DNA from: Bryobacterales bacterium
Lineage (GTDB): Bacteria > Acidobacteriota > Terriglobia > Bryobacterales > UBA6623
Reading direction: 5' to 3'
Assembly (NCBI GenBank): GCA_963422375.2
Contig: OY729428.2
Span: 2,112,001-2,176,000, forward strand
DNA: 64,000 nt
Shown: positions 30,165 to 39,845 of the stretch, one piece after another
How positions within the stretch are numbered: the stretch's first letter is position 1
How the letters are laid out: the number at the start of each line of letters is the position of its first letter
The notes under the pieces: model-generated
The model's database searches: none
Told to the model about the DNA's origin: nothing
The model's input: only the letters and a program-made list of their open reading frames with translations
Translations under genes and position numbers: made by a program

Positions 30165-31748
30165 ATGGCGGAATCTAAGCCCGCGACTGTTTCGCGTAGG
30201 AACTTTCTGACTCGCACGTCCACCGTTGCAGCCGGCGGGGCGGCCGCGGGGATGAGCGGCTGCGCCTCCCCGCCGGGCGCATCACCTTCAGGCGGAAGGT
30301 GGCAGCGGCCGCCGAACCAGCGCGGGAAGGGGAACCGTCAGAACCTGATCTTCCTGAACACGGACACTTTTCGCGCGGACAACCTCCAAGCCTACGGGGG
30401 CAACGGGCTGGTCAAATGCCCGCGACTCGACAAGTTCTCCGAAGACTCCGTGGTTTTCGAAGACTGCTACCCGGAGGGAATGCCGACGATTCCGATCCGC
30501 CGCGTGCTCATGACCGGTCGGCGAATCCTGCCGTACCACTACTTCCACCAGCATGAGCCCGTCCAGACAGCGGGATGGCACGAGCTGTACTACGAGGACC
30601 AGACCATCGCCGAGGCCTTGCACGAAGCGGGTTACTCCACGGCATTCTTCGCGGACATCCCGCACTTGCAGCGGCCGGGAAAGAACTTCCACCGTGGCTA
30701 CCGGTACTACGAATGGTCGCGAGGGCACGAAGTCGACTACTACGAGCAGGCCCCCGCAGACCTGCAGGAGATCGTTCCGACACACTACCCGCAGGAATTC
30801 TGGGATCGCTGGATCGAGATGAACCCGGGCCGCCCGGACTTCATGCGCCAGTACCTCGCGAACCGCAAGCGCTACGAAACGGAGTGCGAGGCCCTCATCG
30901 AGCTGACGGCCAAGAACGTCATCAGCTGGTTGCGTCGCAACCACGACAAGACCCCGTTCTTCCTGCATCTGGAGGCGTTCGACCCACACGAGCCCTGGGA
31001 TCCGCCCAAGCGGTTTCTTGACGAGTACATGCCGAACGCCACGGGACCGACTTGGTGGGAGCCGCCCTATGCCGACATCGAGGTCCCGCCGGAAGGGGTC
31101 GAGCGCCTGCGGGCAAACTACGCGGGCGAGTCGATGTGCGTCGACTACTGGATTGGAGAGATCCTCGACACCATCGGGGAGCTCGGACTGTTCGACAACT
31201 CCGTGGTGGCGTTCTTCTCCGATCACGGCTCTCTGCTGGGCGAGCAGGGCGTGTTCCTCAAGGGCCCGACACGGATCCGCAGGCAGGTCACGCACAACCC
31301 ATTCCTAGTCCGCCTGCCCGGCAAGGAGAAAGCCGGGACCCGCGCTTCAGGCTTCATCCACCATCCGGACGTGCTGCCCACGCTGTTCAGCTTGCTCGAG
31401 CTCGACCCGCCGCCGCGTGTCACGGGCAAGAACCTCTGGGGCCTTGCCAGCGGGGAACCCAGCCCGCACAGGGGCCTCGTGCAGGGCTACGGCTGGATCG
31501 GCGCGATTCGCACCGCGGAGTGGCAGTTCTCGAAGGTCATCGACCGAGAGCGACTCGGGTACGACTATGAGGCGCAGCTGTACAACCGAGCCGCGGATCC
31601 CGACGAGCTGACAAGCGTCGCGGACCAGCATCCCCAGGTCGTGGCCGAACTGAGCCAGATGATCGACGATTACCTCGAGGAGGGTCGCGAGGTGTCGAAG
31701 GGGCACTTTCACGCGCTCGAAGACTACACTCCGAGCCGCGAGCCGTAG
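30165..31748 (+). CDS. Tat-exported sulfatase-family (alkaline phosphatase superfamily) hydrolase with Thr at the nucleophile position
   Basis: SRRNFL, DTFRAD, PTIPIRRVLMTGR, FDPHEPW, SDHG, DVLPT. Confidence 0.9.
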   Translation: MAESKPATVSRRNFLTRTSTVAAGGAAAGMSGCASPPGASPSGGRWQRPPNQRGKGNRQNLIFLNTDTFRADNLQAYGGNGLVKCPRLDKFSEDSVVFEDCYPEGMPTIPIRRVLMTGRRILPYHYFHQHEPVQTAGWHELYYEDQTIAEALHEAGYSTAFFADIPHLQRPGKNFHRGYRYYEWSRGHEVDYYEQAPADLQEIVPTHYPQEFWDRWIEMNPGRPDFMRQYLANRKRYETECEALIELTAKNVISWLRRNHDKTPFFLHLEAFDPHEPWDPPKRFLDEYMPNATGPTWWEPPYADIEVPPEGVERLRANYAGESMCVDYWIGEILDTIGELGLFDNSVVAFFSDHGSLLGEQGVFLKGPTRIRRQVTHNPFLVRLPGKEKAGTRASGFIHHPDVLPTLFSLLELDPPPRVTGKNLWGLASGEPSPHRGLVQGYGWIGAIRTAEWQFSKVIDRERLGYDYEAQLYNRAADPDELTSVADQHPQVVAELSQMIDDYLEEGREVSKGHFHALEDYTPSREP

Positions 31749-31790
31749 GCGGAGAGCAGTCTATTGGCTCAGCAAGGGGGAGACATCACG

Positions 31791-32675
31791 ATGCAACGCA
31801 AGCAGGCGAGCGACTTCCATCCGGAAATTCTGCGGCTGTTCGATGCCTACGTCCACGGGGCGCTCAGCCGACGAGATTTCATCGACCGGGCCGGCCCGTT
31901 CACCGCGGGCATGAGCGGGGCCGCGGTCCTGGCCAGTCTGAGTCCGAACTACGCATGGGCGCAGCAGGTATCCGAGAGCGACGGGCGGATCCGCGCCGAA
32001 CGCGTGACCTACGAGTCCGCTCAGGGACACGGCACGATCCAAGCCTATTTGGTGCGTCCGTCTTCCGCCTCTGGCAAGCTGCCGGGCGTGGTGGTGGTCC
32101 ACGAGAACCGCGGCCTCAACCCGTACATCGAGGATGTGGCCCGTCGACTGGGCGCGGCTGGATACCTAGCCCTCGCACCGGACGGCCTTTCGCCGAAAGG
32201 CGGCTACCCGGGCACGGACGACGAAGGTCGCAGGCTGCAGGCTGAGCTCGACCGCGACAAGCTCGTCGAGGATTTCGCGGCGGCCGTGGAGCACCTGCAG
32301 GGGCATTCCGACTGCACTGGCAAGGTCGGCGCTGTGGGATTCTGTTTCGGCGGATTCGTCGTCAACGCCCTCGCGGTGCGGAACCAGGATCTAGCGGCCG
32401 CAGTGCCTTTCTACGGGCGACAGCCTCCCGCTAGGGCGGTGCCCCGCGTCAAGGCACCCCTGCTCATCCACTACGCAGGACTCGATCAGCGCATCAATCA
32501 AGGCTGGCCCGCGTACGAAGAGGCGCTCAAGGTGAACGGGAAAACCTACACTGCCCACACTTACGACGGGGTCAACCATGGGTTCCACAACGACACCACC
32601 CCTCGCTACAACGAATCGGCCGCTAAGCTGGCCTGGCAGAGGACTGAGGATTTCTTCGCGCGACACCTGATGTGA
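31791..32675 (+). CDS. Dienelactone hydrolase family protein (YghX-like)
   Basis: FDAYVHG..SRRDF, HENRGLNP, GFCFGG, HGFHNDTTPRY. Confidence 0.93.
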   Translation: MQRKQASDFHPEILRLFDAYVHGALSRRDFIDRAGPFTAGMSGAAVLASLSPNYAWAQQVSESDGRIRAERVTYESAQGHGTIQAYLVRPSSASGKLPGVVVVHENRGLNPYIEDVARRLGAAGYLALAPDGLSPKGGYPGTDDEGRRLQAELDRDKLVEDFAAAVEHLQGHSDCTGKVGAVGFCFGGFVVNALAVRNQDLAAAVPFYGRQPPARAVPRVKAPLLIHYAGLDQRINQGWPAYEEALKVNGKTYTAHTYDGVNHGFHNDTTPRYNESAAKLAWQRTEDFFARHLM

Positions 32676-33145
32676 CCGGCCGCCGGGCGTGATCGCGATG
32701 GGCTCCGTCGTAGCGGGCTCCGTTTGGAGTGCGCCAATCGGGGGAGCGGCGGCGGGTCTCGACCACCCTGCTGGCACAGGGACAACGCCCCTCCATCGGC
32801 TGGGGACAGTTCAGGCCAGCCCGCCCTCACGGAATGGGCAGATGCGTGTCGAGTCACGAGAACGGCAATCTTCCGAACCGGCTACCGGGGCGCCAAGACG
32901 GAAAGCCGACGAATTAAGGGGATGGCAGGGCTAGGACGAGCGCCTGCTCTGAGAAACATCGGCTCTGTGTTTGGACTGGCGCTAACAGTCGGTTTCCTTG
33001 AAATCCAACGCAATTGATCGTGCAAGGTTCAGAGTTATCTATTCGCACTCCAAGCGAATGCTGATGCAACCAATCACTCTGTCACCACCAGCACAAGGCA
33101 TAGACAAACCAAGGAATCTCGCTACCGGGTCATAGAGAAATAGAT

Positions 33146-33327
33146 GAGAATTATCTATCTGAATGCCGAGGCAACCTATTTGGCAAATTATCAATCCATA
33201 ACTTAATTTGATATTTCTTCCGGATATCTGTTGACAGTCTGTAGAGTGTCTTGATAGAATAGTTCCAATATAGGAGGTCTTCGTTGAAGAAGGCGAAGCA
33301 GAAAGGTCCCGGGAAGTGGTTTCGTAA
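33146..33327 (+). mobile_element. Truncated left end of an IS1595-family element (TIR, promoter, first about 15 codons)
   Basis: gagaattatctatctgaatgcc TIR; colinear similarity with the reverse complement of 34690-34859; reads KKAKQKGPGKWFRK. Confidence 0.8.
33231..33260 (+). promoter_or_regulatory. Sigma70-type promoter of the truncated IS
   Basis: TTGACA-N18-TAGAAT followed by AGGAGG. Confidence 0.6.
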
Positions 33328-33760
33328 GGGAATTATATATCTGAGTGCCGACAACGCCATATCCGACTAGAACTGCTGTGAGCAGGGAGGTGGGTGTCGA
33401 GCTGGGGTCATGCGAGTGCGGCCGCGGCGGGCACAGAGGGGAGGGGTGTGGGATCGTATCTGAATCGAGCCTGCCAGCGGATTGGACGAGGAAGGGACTA
33501 GAGAGGCCGCCTCGCATGCCCCGGTTGCCCCGGGGGAACCCGGTTGGCGGTGGCAGGGCACCCCTTGCAAGCCGCTTGCAGGCCCTGCGAGGGCCGAAGA
33601 CAGCGGATCCCCGGCGCTCGACGGCCTGCATGGACGGTCCGGACCGGGGTCGCGCCGGGGCATGCCGCATCCGGTGCGCCCCTCGTACCGAGCGTGCAGC
33701 GCACCGAGCGTGAAGAGCGCGCCCGCAGCGGGCTGCCGCGCTCAGCGCGGCGGGCGCCGC

Positions 33761-34721
33761 TCGGGCCGCGACCGCGGCCTTGCCGGTCAGCGTCCGGCCG
33801 ACCAGGCCCCGCGCCATGCGCCGCATCCGTTCCGCCGTTGTTCCGCCCTGTCGCAGTCGCGGTCGTTGCGCCGTCCCGCGAACTCCGTGAGGTAGCGGCC
33901 GAGATGACGGACGCTCATCCGGTGATAGGTGCCGTACAGGCCGCGCTTGAACAGGGACCCAAACGATTCGATGCCGTTCGTATGCGCTGCCCCGCGCACG
34001 TACTCGCCGCCGGAGCGCCGGAGTGCCTGACGGCTTCGTGCGCGAACTCCGCCATGCCGGCGCAGGCCGCCGCCTCGTCGGAGCGGACCTGCGCCCCCGG
34101 CGCGACGCGGGCGCGCGCGAAGCCCTGCAGGTCGCCCTTGGCGGTGCCCGGCAGCGGCCGCGCGGCCGCTGCGTTCGTGGCGCGGTCCCGCGCCCCCGCC
34201 ACGGGCGTCTTGCCAACGGGCCCGCGCCCGGCGCGGGCCTTCTTCCTCTCGTGCTTGTTGCGCTCCTTGCCGCCGACGTAGGTCTCGTCCACCTCCACCG
34301 GGCCGGCGAACAGGCCCCGATCCCGCTCCCGGCACGCGCGGATGCGGTGCGCCAGGTGCCAGGCCGACTTTTGGCTGATGCCTAGGTCGCGGTGCAGCTT
34401 CATGCTCGAGACGCCCTTGATGCCGGTGGTCAGCAGGAACAGGGCCACGGCCCGGGTGCGGTAGCCGAGCTTGGTGTCGGCCGTCACGCTGCCGGTGCGC
34501 ACGGAAAAGCGCTTGCCGCAGCCGCGGCAACGGTACGGCATCGAAGGGTGGGCCGCGTCGGACTGCACGCTGGAGCCGCGGCAGCGGGGGCACGCGGGAC
34601 CGTCCGGCCAGCGCATGGAGGCGAACCACTTTTCCGCGGATTCGTCATCGGGAAACATGGCGATCACTTCGATCAATGTGATGCCTTTACGGAACCACTT
34701 TCCGGGACCTGATTTCTTCAT
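33761..34721 (-). pseudogene. IS1595-family transposase, two frameshifts
   Basis: RWPDGPACPRC, CRGC, GVSSMKLHRDLG, VEVDETY, HTNGIES, KRGLYGTYH. Frames rejoin on removing an 8-bp and an 11-bp duplication; 3' end inferred. Confidence 0.9.
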
Positions 34722-34744
34722 TTACGGTATCCCCTACTGGAACT

Positions 34745-34774
34745 ATTCTACCAAGAAACACCACAGAATGTCAA
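34745..34774 (-). promoter_or_regulatory. Sigma70-type transposase promoter
   Basis: TTGACA-N18-TAGAAT with extended -10 TG. Confidence 0.6.
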
Positions 34775-36055
34775 CGGAAAGTCGGAAGAAATATGAAATC
34801 TTATAATGGCTTAATAATTTGCCGGCTTGATTCCCTCGGAACTCAGATATATAATTCCCTATTTTAGCAGAGAAATAGTTACTCATTGGTCCGAAATCGA
34901 GTTTCCATATATCGGAAAGAAATGCCCAAGTAATTGCTATCAATTGTGCTCTCCTAGCCGAGTATTAGGCGACGAACACTCTCCAGAATCTGTGCCATTC
35001 AGGCCGGTGCCGACGTACGAGGGAGAGACCGTTCATCGCTCGACAGGGGGACTCGGCGATGGGCAAATCCACAAACTGAAGTCGACCCGCGAGAGGAGAG
35101 GGCCAGTGGATGAGAGCCGCTTGTAGTCGTGAACTCTCGCGTCGATCCGATCTCGGCTCGCAGCTGCCTCTGTCAGTGTAGCTGACGCTGGGGGTGTTAC
35201 GCGCTCGGCGTGAGGATCTGGGGCGGGCTGGGCCTGGGCGCGAATGGAGAGCAGGTCCGCCATCCTTGAGCGAAGAATGAACGGTCGGCCCTGCGGCCTG
35301 AACGTGTCAGAGTGCCCGGCCCGAGAGCGCGGCTGGGCCGGTCTCGGAATCGGCGGCTGCGTGATTTGGTTCGGCCGGGGACGGGCGGACGTACCCAAGC
35401 TCGACTCGGGCAACCGGCCCGGCGCAGCCATCCCATTCGGTCGTGCCACCCAGCTGGGAGAGCCTTGCTGCCGAGCCGCATCGGATGCTCCGGTTCTGCG
35501 CTCTGCGTTTACCGCCCGCTGGCGTGGGTGGCTCCAAGACGGAGGCCGGTTGGCGCACGGACACTCGTCTCGACTCGCCGGAGCTAAAGCCAAGATGGAA
35601 GCCGGTTGCCACCTCGGCCTTGGGGCAATGGCTACTCTGGGCCAAGGCTGACGGGCCCGGAGCTCGAGGCCACGCCCGTCCGAGACCTGGACCGGGGATG
35701 ACAGTAATGGTGGGGCACCGAGGCGAGAACCCGCCGAAGTCCAAGTTCCGCCGATGCAAATCGCCTCGCGTGCCGCCACCGTCTCTTGAGTCCGGCGAGG
35801 GCGCGCCGCTGTGCCTGCCTGCCCGAATGCCTGGGACAACAGCCCGCCCCCGCACCTGCTCTACCTTCGAGAGTGCGAATTGGCCTCGCTATCGCGCCAC
35901 GGCAGGGCGGGGATGGCAGGAAGTAGCATGTTGGTCGAGACCCGAGCCATGCCGGTTTCCGAGGGCGAAGGTCTGCGCGGAACGCGACAGGACCGGACTG
36001 AAGTGCGGCATCCCAGCGGCTCCTTCGGCTGCTAGACTTCAATGCAATCGGCACT

Positions 36056-39000
36056 ATGAGGTCAAGGGCACATTTCCCTATTCTGGCCGGCGCTCTCCTG
36101 TCGGTCACCCCCGCGCACGGAGCCGACGGAATCGGAACGGACCACTTCGAGAACCATGTCCGCCCGCTGCTGGCCGAGCAATGCTACGTGTGCCACAGCG
36201 GCCCCACGCCCCAGGCTGACCTGCGGGTGGATTCTCTTGCGGGCCTAGTCAAGGGCGGGAAGAGAGGCCCCGCCATCCAACCCGGAGATCCCGAAGGCAG
36301 CCTGATGCTTCAGATGGTTCGGAGCGCCGAGGGGCTTCGCATGCCGCCGACAGGCCGCCTGACCGAAGAGCAGATCGGTCACATGGAAGAGTGGATCCGG
36401 ATGGGAGCTCCTTTTCCGGAGGGCCCCTTGGAAGAGGCCGCTGCAATCGCGGAAAAGCATTGGGCCTTCGTCTCTCCTGCCCAGCCAGAGGCGCCTCGAT
36501 CGGCAAACGGCTGGGCCGACGGCGCGATCGACCGTTTCGTCGAGGAGCGCCTCCACCGAGAGCGGTTGCAGCCCTCCTCGCCCGCAGATCCAAGGACGCT
36601 GGTTCGACGAGTCCACTACGACCTCACAGGCCTGCCGCCGGACCCAGACGAATCCGATGCGTTCGCCGCCTCGCCCACGGAAGAGGCCTACGAGGAGATC
36701 GTCGATTCGCTGCTCTCCTCGGACCTATTCGGACAGCGGTGGGCCCGGCACTGGCTCGACCTAGTCCGCTATTCGGATGAGGGATTCCAGGCGCGCCCGT
36801 TCGCGATCGCGTGGCCGTATCGGGACTGGGTCGTAGACGCATTCAACTCCGACATCCCCTACGACCGGTTCGTCCGGCTGCAGCTCGCAGCCGATCTCAT
36901 GGGCGCGGACCGCGCACAGTTGCCTGCCTTGGGGATGCTTGCTCTCGGCATCAACCTTCCGCGCCCAACAGACGTACCGGAAAACGTCGACGACCGCATT
37001 GACGTCGTGACACGCGGCTTGCTGGGACTCTCGGTTGCATGCGCGCGATGCCACGACCACAAGTTCGACCCGATACCCCAGAAGGACTACTACGCGCTAT
37101 ACGGCGTTTTCCTGAATTCTCCGCCGACCCTGGAGCCCGTGCCGCTCGAGCAGCGCGGCAGGGGGACCCACGGCGAATTCTTCCGTGCGAAGCTCGCGGA
37201 GCGCCGGGCCTGGCTGGACAGGTTTCGTGAGGAGCGCCTCGCGGATCACGTGAGCGAGTTCCGCAAGCCGGAGACTCTTGCCCGGTACCTCGGCGCGGCA
37301 TGGGCCGCAGGCGATCTCGGCAATCGGGAGTTCGAGGCACTGGCGAAGGAGCGTAACCTCAACCACTACCTCCTGAATCGCTGGCGCACTTATCTGAACG
37401 GTCTTGTCGCGCCGTCCCTGCGGGCCTTTGCCGACCTGGACTCGCCGGGCGGCGCGGAGCGCGTGGCACAGGCCATGGCCCGAGCCGACAGCGTCTATCG
37501 CTGGCCCGACGCGGAGCGGGAGGCATTGCGACTCGCTCTTCGCGGCAACGGGTCACCGACCGACATCCCCCTCGAGGACTTCTGGTGGATTCAGAGCGAA
37601 GGCGATTCCAATGTCATGAAGGGCCTGAAGTGGCAATACGATGGCGCCATGCAGGACTGGAGCCACCGCGGCGGGCCGAAGCACGCAATGGTCGTCGGGG
37701 ACGCACGGAAGCTGCAGCCGGCGTACCTCTTCGTGAGAGGCAACCAGCACGACAAGGGGGACGAGGTCAGCCGTCGGTTTCTCTCGGCGCTGCCCGGACC
37801 CGGCGAGTTCCGGTCGGGCAGCGGCAGGCTGGAGCTGGCGACCGCCATCGCCAGCGAGCGCAATCCCCTGACCGCACGGGTCTTCGTCAACCGAGTCTGG
37901 GGACACCTGTTCGGAGAGGGACTGGTTCGCACGCCCAGCAATTTCGGCATGCGCGGCGATCCGCCATCGCATCCCGAGCTACTCGATCACCTAGCGAGCC
38001 AGTTCATGGCCGACGGCTGGTCCACCAAGCGCCTTGTCAAGCGCATCGTGCTGTCGAAGACCTATCGCCAGGACAGTGTGGACCGCGCCTCGGGCTTGGC
38101 GGCTGACCCGTCGAACCGGCTCCTGTGGCGCCAGAACCGCACGCGGCTGGACTTCGAGGCCATGCGCGACTCGATGCTCGCGGTGGCGGGTCGCTTGGAT
38201 ACGAACACAGGCGGGCCTCCTTTCGAGCTGGAAGCGATCCCGTCGTCTCCCAGGCGCACCCTCTATGCCTACGTATCCCGCGAGGAGCCGTCGGCCCTGA
38301 TGCGGATCTTCGATTTCTCCAACCCGGAAGAGCACACGCCGCGCCGCCAGCTGACGACTGTCCCGCAGCAGGCTTTGTTCCTCATGAATAGCTCGTTCCT
38401 TTCCGAGCAGGCCCGCGCGCTCGCGGCGAGCTGCGAGGCCAGCGAGGATTGCGTCAGCACGATCCACCGCAGGGTGCTCGGGCGTCTGCCGGAACCCAGC
38501 GCACGTCGAGCTGCTCTTGCCTTCATCGCCTCGCGCGCGGAAGGAGCGCCGCCCGGCACAACGGCGACCGAGCCGGACGGGCCCTGGCAGCACGGCACGG
38601 GCAAGCTCGATATAGAATCCGGCAAGCTGCTGGACTTTCGCCCGATGAAATATCACGCGGGCGACCGTGTCCAGCCGGCTCCGATGTTTCCGGCGCCTGA
38701 GTCCGGCAGGGCCAGCCTGACTCCACGCGGAGGGTCCCCGGGGGACGACACCGAGTGGACCGTGGTGCGCCGCTGGACGGCGCCGCGCTCCATGCGCATC
38801 GCCATCGAGGGCGCGCTGAACCATCCGATGGGTGACCAAGCGCTGCGCTTCGGGCATTCCAACGGCGTGCGCGGATGGATCATCTCCAGCGAACGCGGGG
38901 TGCTCTCCACGTGGAAGGTCTGGGGATACGAGGCGGATACGGGCATCCGCAATCTGAAAGTCGAGCGAGGCGAGCATTTCGACTTCGCGGTCGACGCCTT

Positions 39001-39202
39001 GGGGGACTATGAAGCCGACGGGTTTCGATGGTCGCCCGAGATCTCTGAGATCCTCGACGCCGAGCAGCGCCAAGCAGGCATGGAACCCCAGGCTTGGACC
39101 GCCGAAGAGGGATTCCCGGAGTACCGGGAAGAACCCCTGACGCCGCTCGAGCAGTACGCCCAGGTCCTCTTGATGACCAACGAGTTCTCCTTCAGGGACT
39201 GA
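36056..39202 (+). CDS. Planctomycete-type cytochrome c / DUF1549 / DUF1553 (PSD1) protein
   Basis: Signal peptide, CYVCH, HWAF, RHWLDLVRY, CARCHDHKFDP, NPLTARVFVNRVW, PSHPELLD, LLMTNEF. Confidence 0.93.
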   Translation: MRSRAHFPILAGALLSVTPAHGADGIGTDHFENHVRPLLAEQCYVCHSGPTPQADLRVDSLAGLVKGGKRGPAIQPGDPEGSLMLQMVRSAEGLRMPPTGRLTEEQIGHMEEWIRMGAPFPEGPLEEAAAIAEKHWAFVSPAQPEAPRSANGWADGAIDRFVEERLHRERLQPSSPADPRTLVRRVHYDLTGLPPDPDESDAFAASPTEEAYEEIVDSLLSSDLFGQRWARHWLDLVRYSDEGFQARPFAIAWPYRDWVVDAFNSDIPYDRFVRLQLAADLMGADRAQLPALGMLALGINLPRPTDVPENVDDRIDVVTRGLLGLSVACARCHDHKFDPIPQKDYYALYGVFLNSPPTLEPVPLEQRGRGTHGEFFRAKLAERRAWLDRFREERLADHVSEFRKPETLARYLGAAWAAGDLGNREFEALAKERNLNHYLLNRWRTYLNGLVAPSLRAFADLDSPGGAERVAQAMARADSVYRWPDAEREALRLALRGNGSPTDIPLEDFWWIQSEGDSNVMKGLKWQYDGAMQDWSHRGGPKHAMVVGDARKLQPAYLFVRGNQHDKGDEVSRRFLSALPGPGEFRSGSGRLELATAIASERNPLTARVFVNRVWGHLFGEGLVRTPSNFGMRGDPPSHPELLDHLASQFMADGWSTKRLVKRIVLSKTYRQDSVDRASGLAADPSNRLLWRQNRTRLDFEAMRDSMLAVAGRLDTNTGGPPFELEAIPSSPRRTLYAYVSREEPSALMRIFDFSNPEEHTPRRQLTTVPQQALFLMNSSFLSEQARALAASCEASEDCVSTIHRRVLGRLPEPSARRAALAFIASRAEGAPPGTTATEPDGPWQHGTGKLDIESGKLLDFRPMKYHAGDRVQPAPMFPAPESGRASLTPRGGSPGDDTEWTVVRRWTAPRSMRIAIEGALNHPMGDQALRFGHSNGVRGWIISSERGVLSTWKVWGYEADTGIRNLKVERGEHFDFAVDALGDYEADGFRWSPEISEILDAEQRQAGMEPQAWTAEEGFPEYREEPLTPLEQYAQVLLMTNEFSFRD

Positions 39203-39845
39203 GCTGCTTGCATGCCCGCAAGAGTGCGGGCAGCAGGTCTCCCCGGGCGACGTCATACCACCAAGCGTCCTCGCACCGGTCCGTCCGGAAATATCCGCTG
39301 CGGGCAATAGATTTGGGCCGGATGGCACGTGGCTGTTCCGCCCGCACTTCGATCGTGCGCTGCCATTCCGCTTGCGACTGCAGGGAATTGACGCTTCCGC
39401 GACTGCGGCGGGCAAGGGATTCCCGGGAAGAATGCTGCCTTCGGTCCGGATCCCGATGGATCCCGCGCACCCGGTGCGCGCTCGGACGCCTTGCGGCACC
39501 CTCAGCCGGACGCAGCCAGCCTCGGAGCTGACAGCGGAGCTCCCTGGGGCAGCCCCGGAGCGGCGAAAGGCAACAAATTCTGCCGCGGTTGCGCCGGGAT
39601 TCGCAACTCGTTGCGGAATAACGGCGCTTGGGCGAATGCAGTGCCCGCGACCTCGGGATGCTCGAGACTCCTCCCCGGCCAAGGCCCGCCGGGATGCGCT
39701 CACCGACCCTGCATCCACCTCGAGCCCTGCATGCCTGGCGAGGCTCGGACCGCGGCCTGTCGCCCGAAGTCGGCACCGCAGAGGCCGCGGCGGCACAGGG
39801 ACCGGGCTCGCCGGGGGATTGATACGATGTAACCGGCACCGCACG

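Larger units (their letters stand above)
33328..34859 (-). mobile_element. IS1595-family insertion sequence, decayed
   Basis: TIRs gggaattatatatctgagtgcc (33328-33349) and ggaactcagatatataattccc (34838-34859) match at 21/22 positions. Confidence 0.9.

Noticed and set aside
33134..34878. agagaaatag on both sides of the nested IS as a target duplication
   Set aside because: The copies are offset from the TIRs by 2 and 9 bp in AT-rich DNA and may be chance.
35030..36055. Structured ncRNA or riboswitch in long intergenic gaps (also 21510-22280, 29350-30160, 39203-39845)
   Set aside because: No known consensus recognised by eye; a covariance-model search would be needed.
39372..39845. N-terminal extension of the DUF1592 ORF to 945 aa
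   Set aside because: Low-complexity open frame; the signal peptide starts at 39846.
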